In this document: piece after piece, positions 1 through 12,071 of the stretch
Numbering within the stretch: position 1 is the stretch's first letter
Layout of the letters: the number at the start of each line of letters is the position of its first letter
Source of the DNA: Lama glama
Taxonomy: Eukaryota
Assembly (NCBI GenBank): GCA_028534125.1
Contig: CM052817.1
Location: forward strand, 28,398,001 to 28,462,000
Length of the DNA stretch: 64,000 nt
Direction of reading: 5' to 3'
Position numbers and translations under genes: made by a program
The notes under the pieces: generated by a model
What the model was told of the DNA's origin: nothing
Databases searched by the model: none
The model's input: the letters and a program-made list of their open reading frames with translations, nothing else

Positions 1-619
1 CACTTGTTTTTTATTGACTGAGCAGAGCTGGCCTTAGAATATACCTTAAGTTGAACATACAAGTAGGAATCTCATTGTTTCTCTGAAAAAGGACATCTTT
101 AATTTGCAGAGTCAGCCCAGAATCTGACACCCAGTCACTGTTTACTACTTAATAAATTTAAGAAATAACTATGGTGGAAAGAGAGCCAGGAAGATCAATA
201 AAATATTTTCAATGTATTTATAAAATATCACATAGTTTTTATGAAATGATTACTGAATGATCAGTACTCATGATGACTAATGATTTAGTAACTAAATATT
301 ATTTCCTTTCCATGATGACTTCTAGTTATTAATTTAATTACTCATTAATTACTCATCATGATTTTGGTATTAATTCTTTGGGTTTTAAGAATAAAATCAG
401 TACAAACCATGAACCTTCCTTCCCTTTTTAAAAAAATGTATAGGAAATACATATTTTAAGAAAATATCATTTTAAGACAATTATCACATATTATGGACAC
501 TAGTCAAATTTGTGATTTCTGCAATAATAATCAGTACAAAAACAAAAGTAATATTATTTCACAGACAAGGCTGAGTTTAGACGACTTTTTATTTTTTCAA
601 AACTTAAGAACTGTGTCTA

Positions 620-790
620 CATGAATATATTTACATACATGAGCAATAAAGATACTGGAGGCATTTCCTAGTAAATAGTGACAGTAGTTGTCTCCGAGTG
701 GGGGTCATGCTTGGTGATCTTACTTTCTTCTTTTTTATTTTAAAATTTATCATTTAAAGTTCCTACAGTTAGAGTGATCATTTCATTTAA
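620..790 (+). mobile_element. Ancient L1 (L1ME/L1MC-like) 3' UTR remnant
   Basis: aaagatactggagg...acagtagttgtctccgagtgggg...ggtgatcttactttcttc resembles the 3' end of old mammalian L1s; very diverged. Confidence 0.45.
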
Positions 791-1006
791 AATATTAAAA
801 ATAAGAAGAAATTCTGGAGACCCTTAAACATTTGATATGAAGTTAGATTTCTCCTCATTTCCTGAAAAATATGTAGTTTAAAGCAAAATGTCAAGTTTTT
901 TCTTTTTTAAGTGCAGTAACATTTCTGTCTTTAAAAAAACTACTTAGGGAACAATTCTGTACAGTATATATGTTGATATAATACTTTTTAAATTTAATTT
1001 AAGGAA

Positions 1007-1073
1007 GGGGAGAGGAGGAGCCAAGATGGCAGAGTAGGAAGACCTTGAGCTAACCGCCTCCCATGGGTACCAC
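1007..1073 (+). mobile_element. Isolated L1 5' terminus with YY1-type motif
   Basis: ggggagaggaggagccaagatggcagagtaggaagaccttgagctaaccgcctccca matches the start of laurasiatherian L1 5' UTRs; CAAGATGGC at 1022-1030. Confidence 0.65.
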
Positions 1074-1285
1074 TTAATGGTTAAAAGCCTGAGCTTTGAA
1101 AGCTGGCAAATGCAGCCTCCAGTCTCCGCTACACCATTTAATATGTGATTTTGAGGCAGCTTATCTAACCTTCTCCTCCTTCTATTCTCAACCATTAAAC
1201 GGAGATAATAAAATCTATCCTGTAAGAATTTCATGAAGATTATATATGAAAAGATGTCCAGCATATAACTAGCAATCAATACATA
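1074..1285 (+). mobile_element. MIR SINE
   Basis: tggttaaaagcctgagctttg...tgtgattttgaggcagcttatctaaccttctc...ggagataataaaatctatcc follows MIR head and core order. Confidence 0.7.
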
Positions 1286-1794
1286 ACATAACTTGAAATA
1301 TTACTGAAAGAGGGAAATGTAATTCAGAAACATGTCTGAGAAGACTGAAATGGAACACAGATATTTAGTCTTGAAATTCTGTTCTAACATTAGAGCAAAT
1401 TGCTTTCACGTTAGAAAATTAAATGTTCAGACTGTGCTGATATTTAAAGAGTCAAGATACAAGTGTTCATTATAAACTAAAGTAAATTCTGCTGCCAGGA
1501 TATTTGTGTAATCTTTGTTGCTCTCGTTTCTGTTTCTGTGTTGTGTCTATCCTTCTGAACCGGCGGGGAGCAGAGTTACATATGTTTTTCCAGCTGCTGT
1601 TGCTTCAGGCTTTACACATTGGTGTTAACTTGTGAGACTCTGATATATGGAGCCAAGAATCTGTGTGATTTTTTTTTTCATGAGATTCCATGGCAAACTT
1701 TTATTTTGCAATATATGAGTCTGGGTGTTAACTAGATTTGTTTTAACTTAATGGTTTCTTCAAGTATTGCTGAAGTCCAATTTAATGTGGTAAC

Positions 1795-2900
1795 TTTAGT
1801 CATGAAATATTTATTGAGAGAATATTAGGTGCTGAGTATTATTTCTGGAACAAGAAATCCATGAACAAGGCAAATACGTATATTTTAGGAAGCTTATCTT
1901 TTAGTTATGGGGGAGAGAATCATAATAAGTAGTGTATGTATGTGTATGTTAGAAAGTAAGAAGCACTATGGAAAAATAGTGTAAGGTAAGAGGAGTTGTG
2001 CAGCTTACAATTTACATGGAGTTCAAGTCCTTGCACAAATATCACCTCAATGACACCTCCCCTAACCACACTATATACAAAATTATAATCTCTTCCAAAA
2101 TCCAACTCCAGTTTCCCTGAGCTTGCTCTATATTCTCCATTAATTATTATTAATACTAATTATTATTTATTATCTTTCTTTTCTTCCCATTTGAATGTAA
2201 AGTCCACGAGTGGAGAGAATTTTGCCTGTTTTGTTCTTTTCTTTATTCTTACTTTAGGCAAAACCACTATTACTTGGTTTGTGAAGTACAGTCAGTTTAC
2301 AATGTTGGGTCAATTTCTGATGCACAGCATAATGTTCCTGTCATAGTATATTCACTTTCATATTCTATTTCATTATAGGTTGCTACAATTATAGGTTACA
2401 TTATAGTTCCCTGTGCCATACAGTATAAACTTGCTGTTTATCCACTTTATATATAGAAAATTGATCAAGGAGCAGATGATGAAGGACTTTATTAAGGAAT
2501 TTGACATTTATTGTACTGGGCATTCTGAGCTACTAAGTACGCAGCATAATCACTGTACTTTAGAATAATGTACTTTAGAATAGTCATTTCCCCCTACGAA
2601 AGAATGAGGGATCGATGGAAGGGAGGAGAGGTGATGACTGTCTCCTCCAGGCAGTGGCAAGGAGACTATAGAAGATGTGATGGAAATAAAACATGGATAG
2701 GACTTGCCAATTGGAAATCGAGAGAGAAGAAGAGCTAGAGGGAGTTTCTAGATTTGAGTTTGGATGACTATAGGTGCAGTAGTGTCTTTTCATGGACAGT
2801 GAGATAAAAAAACAAGAGGAGGGATATATTTGAGAATATGTATTCAGTTGAGACGTTCTGAGTTTGAGTAAATGCAGGGAGTATTTTTGTCTTGTCATGT
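1795..2900 (-). mobile_element. L2 LINE remnant, interrupted by a + strand L2 piece (about 2020-2250) and an L1 3' end
   Basis: aaatatttattgag...atgaacaagg...agcttatcttttag is a reversed L2 3' end; purine-rich L2 body resumes at 2460; inner piece has the L2a motif gaatgtaaagtccacgag...tttgcctgttttgttc. Confidence 0.6.
2278..2456 (-). mobile_element. Truncated artiodactyl/camelid L1 3' end
   Basis: gaagtacagtcagtttacaatgttg...tagttccctgtgccatacagtataaacttg is nearly the same motif set as the L1 at 47313-47977. Confidence 0.85.
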
Positions 2901-3149
2901 ACAAAGGAAATTCAATAAATTAGCAGCTAAATTCTCTTCAAATTGAAATCTAATGAGCTTATATAGTAACTAAAAAGGTAGCAATAGCAACAAAAAACAA
3001 AGTAAACTGGTAAAGAAAATTTTGTAAGTATAGAAGCCCCATTACACATATGTATTATGTCTTCTTTCTTTCTTAACAGATTTCAAAAACAATTGCATAT
3101 ATTTGTATCTGTGTCTATATCTATATACTTATAAATTGTGTTGGAGTTA

Positions 3150-5355
3150 TAAAAGAAAGAAATGCAATATATTTGACAAAAATATCATCAAGGATGCAGA
3201 TGGGAATGAAAAGGAACTCAGTATATACCTACTTTCTTTTCTTCTCTCTACTTCAAGAGAAAAAAAAATTATCTGAAGGAATAATTGGAACAATGTATTG
3301 TTGAGTCACTAACACATATGAACAACTGTAATAAAACACAAAGAGAAGGAACAGAAAAGCGAGCTATATAGGAGCAGCATTTCTATATCTTGTTGAAGTT
3401 AGCATAAATCTGAAGTGGAAGAGCTGAGATATAAATGGTAAACTCTAGAAAAACTACTGAGGAAATAACTAAAACAATATATAGTGAAAAAACAGCAAGG
3501 GAGTTAAAATATTATACTAGGAAATATTCAGTTAATGCCAAAAAGTGCCATACATGAGTAACACAGGAACAAAAATCACATGAGACATGTGGAAAACAAA
3601 AAGTAAAGTGAAATAATGTAAATACAACTATATCAATAATATTAAGTGAGAGTGGATTAAATAATGTGATCAAAAGGCAAAGTTTGTAGAACTAGACTTA
3701 AAATCCAACTATTCAGAATTTAGAGGTGACACACTTTAGAATCAAACCTCCAAATAGGTTAAAAATAAAAGTTTGGAAAGCAACAATCGTAGAAAACTGA
3801 TGTAGTTATACCAACATCTGATAAATAGACTTTAAATCAATAATAAAAAATAGAGACATACAGGAACATTTCATAATAAGAAGTCTCAATTCACAAAGAA
3901 GATATAAAACTTATAAATTACATATGAACCTAACAATTGGCCCCCAAAATACACAGTATAAAGACTAAGAGAATTGAGAGGGAAAATAGACAATTCAATA
4001 ACAGTAGATAGCTATTTTAACATATTTTCAATAATAGGTAAAATAGAGAAAACAATTGTGCAAAAGAAAAACAATTTTGGAGAACTCACACATCCGAATT
4101 TCAAAACTTATTATAAATCTGCATTAACCAAGACAATTTGGTGCTGATATACAGTTAGAAATGCAGATAAATAAATAGAATTGAGAGATAAAAAATAAAC
4201 TCTCGCATTTACATTCACTTGATTTTTGACAATGATTCCAAGACAAATCAATGGGGAAAAGAATAATCTTTTTTAATGAATTAAACTAGACTCCTTTCTC
4301 ACAGTACACACAAAAATTAACTCAAAATAAAATCTAGACCTAAATGTGGTAACTCAAATGATAAAGTTCTTAGAAGAAAATATGGGACTAAGTCTTCATA
4401 AGCTTGAGTTAGGTCACATGAGTTAAAATAGAAAATTGGACTTTATCAAAATTAAAAACTTTTGTGCTTCAAAAGATACCATTGAGAAAATAAAAAATGA
4501 AAAGTATGGAGAAGACTTGTGCCAATCTTATACCTTATAAAGTTATCATATCTAGAATATATAAACAATTCAACCTAATAATAAAAGATAAATAACCCAA
4601 ATTTTAAAAATGAATGAAGCATCTGAATAGACATTTCTAAAAAAAAAAAGATGTACAAAAGACAAATAAACACATAGAAGTTGGTTAAACTCATAAGTCA
4701 TTAGGGAAAAAAGCCAAAATCACAATAATATACTACTTCATACTCATTTGATGACTATAATCAAAATAGCATAATAATCAAATAACAAGTATTGATGAAG
4801 TATGGAGAAAATGGAACCTATACATTGCTGGTAAGAATGGTGCAGCCACTTTGGAAGATAGTCTGGAAGTTTCTTAAAAAGTAAACCTGAAGTTTCTAAA
4901 TGATTCAGCAATTACACTCCTAGGTATATAACCAAGAGAAACGAAAAACTATTTTCACATAAAAATTTGTACATAAATTTTCAAAGCAGCATTATGAATA
5001 ATAGCCAAAGGGTGGAAACAGTTTATGACTGAATAAAATATGGTATATTGATGCAATAAGATATTATTTGGCATTGAAAAAAATAAAATGTAGATAATGC
5101 TATACCATTGATAAATCTTGAAGACACTATGCTAAGTGACAGAAACCAGTCACAAAAAAAGTGTGATTCTATTTATATGAAATGTCTAGAATAATCAAAT
5201 CTATAATGGTTGCCTAGGATGGGGAGGACGAGGGGGAGTGGGGAGTGACTGATAATGGATGTGGGGTTTCTTTTGGGGTTGAAAAAATTGAGGTTGAAGT
5301 GGGGGCTCTAGAACTGATTGGATGAACAATTCTGTGAATATAAACAATGAATTTA
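3150..5355 (+). mobile_element. Old L1 (L1MB-like): decayed ORF2 endonuclease start, ORF2 C-terminus and 3' UTR, with the RT domain missing
   Basis: EN-like sequence 3620-4040 (caactatatcaataatattaagtgagagtggattaaataat); C-terminal motifs ggagaactcacacatccgaatttcaaaacttattataaa, ggtgcagccactttggaa, cagcaattacactcctaggtatata; 3' UTR ggggtttcttttgggg; many stops and frameshifts. Confidence 0.85.
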
Positions 5356-5384
5356 GCAACAGCAATAACAACACAAAAACTTGC

Positions 5385-5590
5385 CTTTCAAAATGTCAAC
5401 TATTGACATTTCGTTCCAAATAATCATTTGTTGTGAGGGTTGTCTTGTGCACTGCAGACATTGCAATGCCACTGACCTCTACCCACTAAGATGCCAATAA
5501 TAACCCTCGTCAGTCATGACAAAACAGAAGGTTCCCCAGACATCATTAAATGTCCCCTGGGAGACAAATCACTCTAGTGAAGAACCACAG
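5385..5590 (-). mobile_element. MER20 (hAT-Charlie MITE)
   Basis: actattgacattt...gacctctacccactaagatgcca...aaatgtcccctgggagacaaatcac...gaaccacag is the reverse complement of MER20 landmarks. Confidence 0.85.
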
Positions 5591-5949
5591 TTGTAAGTAT
5601 ATAGGAAAGAAAAACAAAAAGTTTTATGGGATATGTATTAAAAATTTAACTATGGTTCCTCTAGAGAGGTAAAGGCATGATCAGGGTGAGAGGAGGTACC
5701 TTAACACATTTTCTCTGAATACTTTTGTGCTGCTTGAAAAGCCTAAAAATTGTAATGGGCTCATGTATTATGGGTTTTTAAGAGAATCAAAATCAATTAA
5801 CTTCCTGCCCTCTGAAAAACAAAAAACAAACAAAGCAGCCCAGTTCTGACTAATACAAAATGCCGCTATAGTAGACCATTCAAAAAGTGATTATGGCTTA
5901 CGGAGATGGAAGTGGAGACAAGTAATTTGAATTTTAATTTATTTTTAAT

Positions 5950-6190
5950 ATACTGCCTATTAGACTTACTGACAGATTGGATGTGAAGTTTGAAGAAAAC
6001 ACATCAAGAATTTTGTTTGTTTTGCCTAGCGACTGGCTGAATGACAGTGCTATTATTGAGAGCTGGGGATGGACAAATCGGGGACTTTTGTTGGGAGAAG
6101 GAGAATCGATAGTTTCATTTTGGCAATTAATATTGAAATCCGTATTAGACTTCTGCATGGTGACTTGAGTAGACAGTCTGCAGCTCAAAG
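5950..6190 (-). mobile_element. L2 remnant
   Basis: gacttactgacagattggatgtg...ttttgcctagcgactggctgaatgacagtgctattattgag...tttcattttgg is typical reversed L2 body. Confidence 0.6.
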
Positions 6191-6814
6191 TCGAGCAGAG
6201 TAACAATTGTCATAACAGTGTGTGACAAACAACGGGTAAAGCCCGTTTACTGCTAGAAAGTGGAAAATTAATAAACACATTTGAAATAGCTTATGATTCA
6301 TATGTTTGCTTGCCTTATGAACAAATTAATACCTTAAACTAGAAACAACTGAAAAGAAGAATGTATTTAACATGCATTTTCTAATTTCCCATACTGGATA
6401 CAAAAAAGATTTACTTGAGAATAAGCAAAAAATATATGTACTACAAAATTTTAAAAAATTAAACATAAAAGAAATCCACTAAATCAGAAACAACAACAAC
6501 AAAAAAAACCCAGCAGTGCATTAGAAAGTATCAATATAAATATTGATTTTATGCTCCACTAGACAAAATTAGCTTTGTGGTAATAATGAATTAAGGAGTA
6601 AACATTGTAATTCTAAAAACATCAATATTAGGAATAAGATTTTATTATTTTCATTTCCTCAAACCCAAAACAAAGAGATTTATTCAAAAAAAAAAAAAGA
6701 ATAAAGGAAGGTCTCCTTTCTTGAAAATAGGAAGCAGCACAATAACCCAGAGAAAAGACCATCTCATTATTTCTGCAACACTGATATTAACTTGCATTGG
6801 ATGTTTACAGCAGG

Positions 6815-6975
6815 AGCAGTTACTCTTTGTTAACAACTCTATGAGGTAGGTGTGCCGTATCTCAGATGAAGAAACTGAGACTTAGACACATTGAATAATT
6901 AGCCCAAGGACACACATAAAATGGTGATCATGCTTCAGAGTTTGTCAGTTTGATTCCAGAGCTTGCATTTTCATC
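6815..6975 (-). mobile_element. MIR SINE
   Basis: aacaactctatgaggtagg...cagatgaagaaactgagacttaga...gcccaaggacacaca, reversed MIR core. Confidence 0.85.
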
Positions 6976-7055
6976 AAACATGGGAGAAGAGGTCACAAAA
7001 AAAAAAAAAAAAAAGAAGAGCAAAAGAAAAGCAAAAACTCTTAATATCTTTCTAG

Positions 7056-7187
7056 TCTGGACATTCAGACCAAGTGGGAAGAAGCAGTAAAGGAAGGTGT
7101 GGTTGCTTCCACACACACTGATGTCCACTGCTATTTCCTAACCAAAGCAGTGGAATTGTTCTCCGGTGAACATAAAGCATCGATCAT
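7056..7187 (+). other. Candidate internal exon (132 nt, unverified)
   Basis: Acceptor cttaatatctttctAG, donor cat|GTAAGT; one open frame LDIQTKWEEAVKEGVVASTHTDVHCYFLTKAVELFSGEHKASI; protein not recognised. Confidence 0.25.
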
Positions 7188-7917
7188 GTAAGTTTAAATT
7201 CAACTTCAGAAATACATTTTTTATTTTATTTTCAAACACATTTACATATTAGTCTTACTTTTTGTGATAATATAAGCATCATGTTTTTCTATACTCCCTA
7301 TAAAAATTTTCTATCTGATCATCAAATTGTGAAGACCTTCAAGTTCAGCTAATTTTTATAGTAATACTAGCCCCAAAATTCAAAATCTGCTTCCCCTAAC
7401 TGAACGGATTTAAATCACATTGTGGATAAGATATAAACAGACCGGTAAAGTGTTTTATTTCTGAAGTAAATGGACTGAAACAGATGGAAGGGGGAAAAGA
7501 GAGCTTTCCTAGAGGCACAGTGTCTGTGTGTCACCAGCTGTTGCTGGGAGATAATGTACAATAGCAAGTGATGGATAGGAGGAAATCCTAATGCCCACAG
7601 TCTTCTGCTTTGGACTGTTAGGTGTAAAGAGCTTCTCCTTGAGTTCTTTTAATTGAAGGTGAAGTCTGGAATTTTCAGTGCCTACTTAAAATGACACTGT
7701 CTTATTTGATTGAAGCATAAAACAAGACTCCAAAACTGTCTATTTTATTCCCACAGTGGGATTCAGCTAAAGCTGAATTCATGGAGGAAGTCCTAGGGGA
7801 TGGGACTGGTGCTGGTGGGACAGGATAAAGGTTAAAATGTAAAAATAAAATACATTCTTATGCTGTAGAGTCTAAAAACACTTTGTTATTTCAAATTTAA
7901 ATTAAATTTTGTTATTT

Positions 7918-8350
7918 TATTACTATTTTTTGCACTGATTAAAAATCTTTATTGAAGTATTATTGATTTATATTAGTTTCAGGTATAAAACATAGTAATT
8001 TAATATTTTTATAGATACACTTTATTTTGAAGTTACTGCTAAATAATAGCTATATTTCTTTGTGTTTCCTTGTGCTGTACCTGTGCGGTATCCTTATTGC
8101 TTCTTTATTTTATACATAGTGGTTTGTATCTCTTAATCCCATACCCTTCTCTGTCCCCTTCCCCATCCCCCTTTCCCACTGGTAACAACTAGATTGTTCT
8201 CTATATCTTTGAGTCTGTTTCTGTTTTGTTATATACATTCATTTTATTGTTTTAGATTCCATATATGAGTGATGTCATGTGGTATTTGTCTTTCTATATC
8301 TGACCCATTTCACTAAGCCATCCATGTTGTTGCAAATGGCAGAATTCCAT
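7918..8350 (-). mobile_element. L1 3' end (non-inverted part of a twin-primed insertion)
   Basis: tttattgaagtattattgattta...gagtctgtttctgttttg...ccatccatgttgttgcaaatggcagaatt; left TSD taaattttgttattt at 7903-7917. Confidence 0.9.
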
Positions 8351-8712
8351 CCACCCAAATTGAGAGAAGTAAACCTGTTACTATTTGCAGATGGCATGAT
8401 GCTATATATAGAAAATTCTAGACTCCACCAAAAATCTATTAGAACTAACAAATGAATCCAGTAAATTTAGACAATATAAGATTAATATACAGAAATCAGT
8501 TGCTTTTCTATACACTAATAATAAACTATCAAAAAGAGAAATTAATGAAAAATCCCATTTATAGTCACATCAAAAAGAATAAAATACCCAGGAAAGACTT
8601 AACCCAGGAGATGAAAGACTTATCCTGTGAAAACTATAAAATGTTGGTGAAGTAAGTTGAAAATGATTTGTAAATATATCCTGCGTTCTTGGATTGGAAG
8701 AATTAATATTGC
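8351..8712 (+). mobile_element. L1 ORF2 reverse-transcriptase fragment (inverted part of the same insertion)
   Basis: ctatttgcagatggcatgat = LFADGM (L1 LFADDM motif); ORF track gives DLTQEMKDLSCENYKML and SWIGRINIAK; right TSD at 8713-8727. Confidence 0.9.
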
Positions 8713-9445
8713 TAAATTTTGTTATTTAAGTACAAAGAGACGGGAAAATGCCATTTTAAACCACAACTGCCTGAATTTGTTTTTTAGAAGAAGTCTAATT
8801 TCTGCATTAATTAATTCCTTTAGTATTAGGGGCAAAGCCCCAAGGCATGTTGTGGATGGCCTAGAATATAATAAATAGTGCTGAATTTATCTGAGAGTTT
8901 TAGTTTTCTCACAAAGACTCTTCAAAAGGGGGGGTCTAGGAATAAGTGAGAAAAGATATAATTAGGGCATGGAGAAAAGTGTCTTGGATGATAAAGAAGC
9001 CAAAATAAATGAAGGAAACCTGAGAACAGAGTAAAAGACAGCAATTACATACTTGAGTAATTATTTGGCATTGTCTTGACGCAGTGAATGCAGGTCACCT
9101 CTGGAAGATGGGTAGATTAATCATGCTGGCAACAGACCTTGGAACAGTCTGCAGCAATTACAAGCAAGGTATTAGATTTACACGTGGCCCCATGGATAAG
9201 ACATAAGAACAGTGTGCCAAGTGAAAAAACATGCAATGAGTAATAAGATAGAACAACAAAAACATTCCTGTAAGTTAGAATATATGCATGCAAAATTATA
9301 TTTTTCAAGTTTGCGATAGAATAAAAGATGTACTTAACACACTCAAGTGATTAGAAAGCAAAGGGGAAGAAGTGGTTTGTGGAGACAAAGGGTATAGGAA
9401 ATGACTCATCAAAGTTGAAAGAACCCAAAACATAAAAGAGAGACT

Positions 9446-9537
9446 GGAGACTGGGTATAGTTCAGTGGTAGAGCATGTAGTTACCATGCTGGAAGTCCTG
9501 GGTTCGATCCCTAGTACCTCTGTTAAAAGGAAAAAAA
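9446..9537 (+). mobile_element. tRNA-Ala-derived camelid SINE (vic-1-like, short form)
   Basis: gggtatagttcagtggtagagcatg...gtcctgggttcgatccctagtacctc plus A-rich tail; flanked by agagagact on both sides. Confidence 0.85.
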
Positions 9538-9549
9538 GAGAGAGACTAG

Positions 9550-9924
9550 ATAAGTCAGCTTGGGCTCCCCTAAGAAAATATTACAGACTGGGTGGCTTAA
9601 GCAATGGACATTAATTTTCTCACAGTTCTGGAGGCTGGACATCCGTGAGCGAATTCAGTGTCTGGTGAAGATTATCTTCTTGCCTTGTAGACAGCCACCT
9701 TCTCACTGTTTCGCCATATGGCCTTTTCTCTGTGCTCCTTCAGAAAGAAATCGTTGGTGAATTTTCCTCTTTTCTAACACCAGTTTTAACAGATTAGAGA
9801 CTCACTGATACGGCTACATTTAATCTTAATTACTTCCCTATAGGGCTCATCCCCAAATATAGTGACACTGAGGACTACAGTGTCAACATATGAATTTTAG
9901 GGGGACACAATTCAGTCTTTAACA
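9550..9924 (-). mobile_element. MaLR solo LTR (MLT1A-like)
   Basis: cagactgggtggcttaa...ttctcacagttctggaggctgg...caacatatgaattttagggggacacaattcagtc. Confidence 0.85.
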
Positions 9925-10094
9925 GGAGCCTTCTGTGGGCCAATAATGATAGAATGCAATTTGAACTAAGGGGTATAGTATACAGGTAAAATTATACATG
10001 AAATTTTAAAAATATACAAGAATTACACTTAAAAAGTAAACATATATAATATACATAAATATACCGAAAATGTCCCTAAGCTTATAGAAAAGAA

Positions 10095-10181
10095 ATAAAT
10101 GTATATGTAAAACAGAATCACTATGCTGTACACCAGAAATTAACGCAATATTGTAGATCAACTATACTTCAATTAAGAAAA
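10095..10181 (+). mobile_element. Very short L1 3' terminus
   Basis: gaatcactatgctgtacaccagaaattaac...attgtagatcaactatacttcaattaagaaaa. Confidence 0.8.
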
Positions 10182-10439
10182 GTATACATAAACGTAAGTC
10201 CTGCCCTCATATGTTGAGATAGTAGAGGTAAAATTTGGTTTTCCAACTTACATTGAAATAAGGGCTCAAGTTAGCTAGATTTAAATATGAGTAAGGATAG
10301 CCCTGTGTAACTGGACACTTTGGGATACCCTGTCAGCTAACACTTATGTTTCTTCTAATAAGGGCACGATAAAATTAAAATTGAAACAGAATGTATTTTA
10401 TGATAAACACTTCTCCTTGGCTCAATACTTCTTTAAGAT

Positions 10440-10800
10440 TTATTGAGAAATATTCTGGAAATTGTTGATTTCCAGCACCATTGTCAAAGTTCTAGGCTCC
10501 TTCCTCTAGTGCGGGCTGTCTGCATGAGATCTGACAGAGGAGAGAGGAATGCGTTATTCTCCTCTGACTGTGGTAGGTAAACATTTGGGAAGACAGCAGG
10601 TCTGCGTGTTTCAGAAGCTTCACATGATGTGTTTTAGCGCTGGCAGCAGTTGATTCATCAGTGGTGGAATCCTGTGATTTTTGACCTTTCCTAATTCCTC
10701 TTTAGTCTACAGTCACCCTTTCATAAGTTTTATAAGCATGTCATTTCCTATATTAAATCTCTTTTGGTTAAAATACCTTGAGTCATTTCTGTTTCCTGGA
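10440..10800 (+). mobile_element. Probable old ERVL-class LTR remnant
   Basis: Ends in attaaatctcttttggttaaaataccttgagtcatttctgtttcctg, typical of the 3' end of old ERVL LTRs; left boundary uncertain. Confidence 0.4.
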
Positions 10801-11712
10801 TAATTATGAAATCATTCAGTGATTTTTAGGAACATTCTAAATCCTCTGTTTATAAATTTAAAATAAAATCCAGTTGCTCAGCCTTTTATTAAATCAAGCT
10901 TCCATTTATAATTGAATTTTTGTGACCTAGAACACTTTCAGTGATATCTTACCTTGTCAATTTTAACTTATGTAAAGATTCTATTGAAAGTCTGTCCAAA
11001 TTATAGAAGCATTAAATATTTGAAAACTTTGTGATTAATACAGGTCAAACTTGAACTCAATTCTATAATAAATTTATTCAAATATCAGTGAATTTATTAT
11101 AAATATGAAAGAACAAATAAAAAATTTTGAAAAAAATATTGAAAATGGGTTTTAAAATTGTATTTTTAACTCCTAAGGTTTAAAGATATTTATATATGTA
11201 TTACTTTTAGTGTGTTTTTCATTATATTGACCTTTTAGAGGAAAAGAATAAAGCAGAAGTGAAAATGCAGGAGTATTTTTAAGTGCGCAGAGCAAAATGG
11301 AGGTGCTTTGCTTTATTATCATTCTATGTGGATCACCTATTTATTAAAAAAAAAATCCTTAGGAACATTTTTCGTGTATATAAATCTTTAAATATTCCCT
11401 TTTTAGGATTCTTTTTTCTCCTTCTAGACTGTTTCTCAATAGAGTTATGACTTTTCTGAATTATTTACTTTTCACTCCTTTGACCCAGAAAGAACTGTGA
11501 TCCTCTAAGTCATTCAAGGAGTAAGACCTGATTCTGTTAAAGTCCTAGGATCCTATTAGAATCCTTTAACTTCTTGCCTGATCAGATCTGCAACGGTCCA
11601 TTATGCTGTGCATTATTGTCTTGTTTGAATGAGTGAGTGGCCCAAGAGATTTTCCATTGACTTATTCCCATAAATAAATTTAAATAAAGAGAGTTTTTCC
11701 CCATCTTCCCAT

Positions 11713-12071
11713 TTGTTTTAGTTTGCTGCCAGGGCTACCAGAGCAATGTAATGCAGTGGCTTACACAACAGAAATTCATTTTCTCACAGTTTTAGAGGCT
11801 AGACGTTGAGATCAAGGAGTTGGCAGAGTTGTATCTTCTGAGATCTGTCCCTTGGCTTGTAGGCAGCTTGGTGTTTCTGTATGTTCTCGTCTGTATCCTA
11901 ATCTCTTCTTCTTATAAGGACACCATGTTGGATAAGGGCCTACCCTAACAACTGCATTTTAATTTAATTACCTCTTTAAAAGTCCTATCTCCAAATCGTC
12001 ACACTCTGAAGTTCTAGGGATAGGTGCTCCAACATATGAATTTTGGGAAGACATAATTTAGGCTAAAGGCA
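11713..12071 (-). mobile_element. MaLR solo LTR (MLT1B-like)
   Basis: caacagaaattcattttctcacagttttagaggctag...tcttcttataaggacacc...caacatatgaattttgggaagacataatt. Confidence 0.85.

Noticed and set aside
2554..2582. 14-bp near-tandem repeat tgtactttagaata (similar 11-bp case near 19629-19650)
   Set aside because: Ordinary slippage duplications inside old repeats
8452..8878. RT-like ORFs as an active reverse transcriptase
   Set aside because: About 360-bp frameshifted L1 ORF2 fragment with the catalytic motif mutated to FADG
10510..10576. Exon-like segment after ttcctctAG
   Set aside because: Within a probable LTR remnant; two frames closed and the donor is ambiguous
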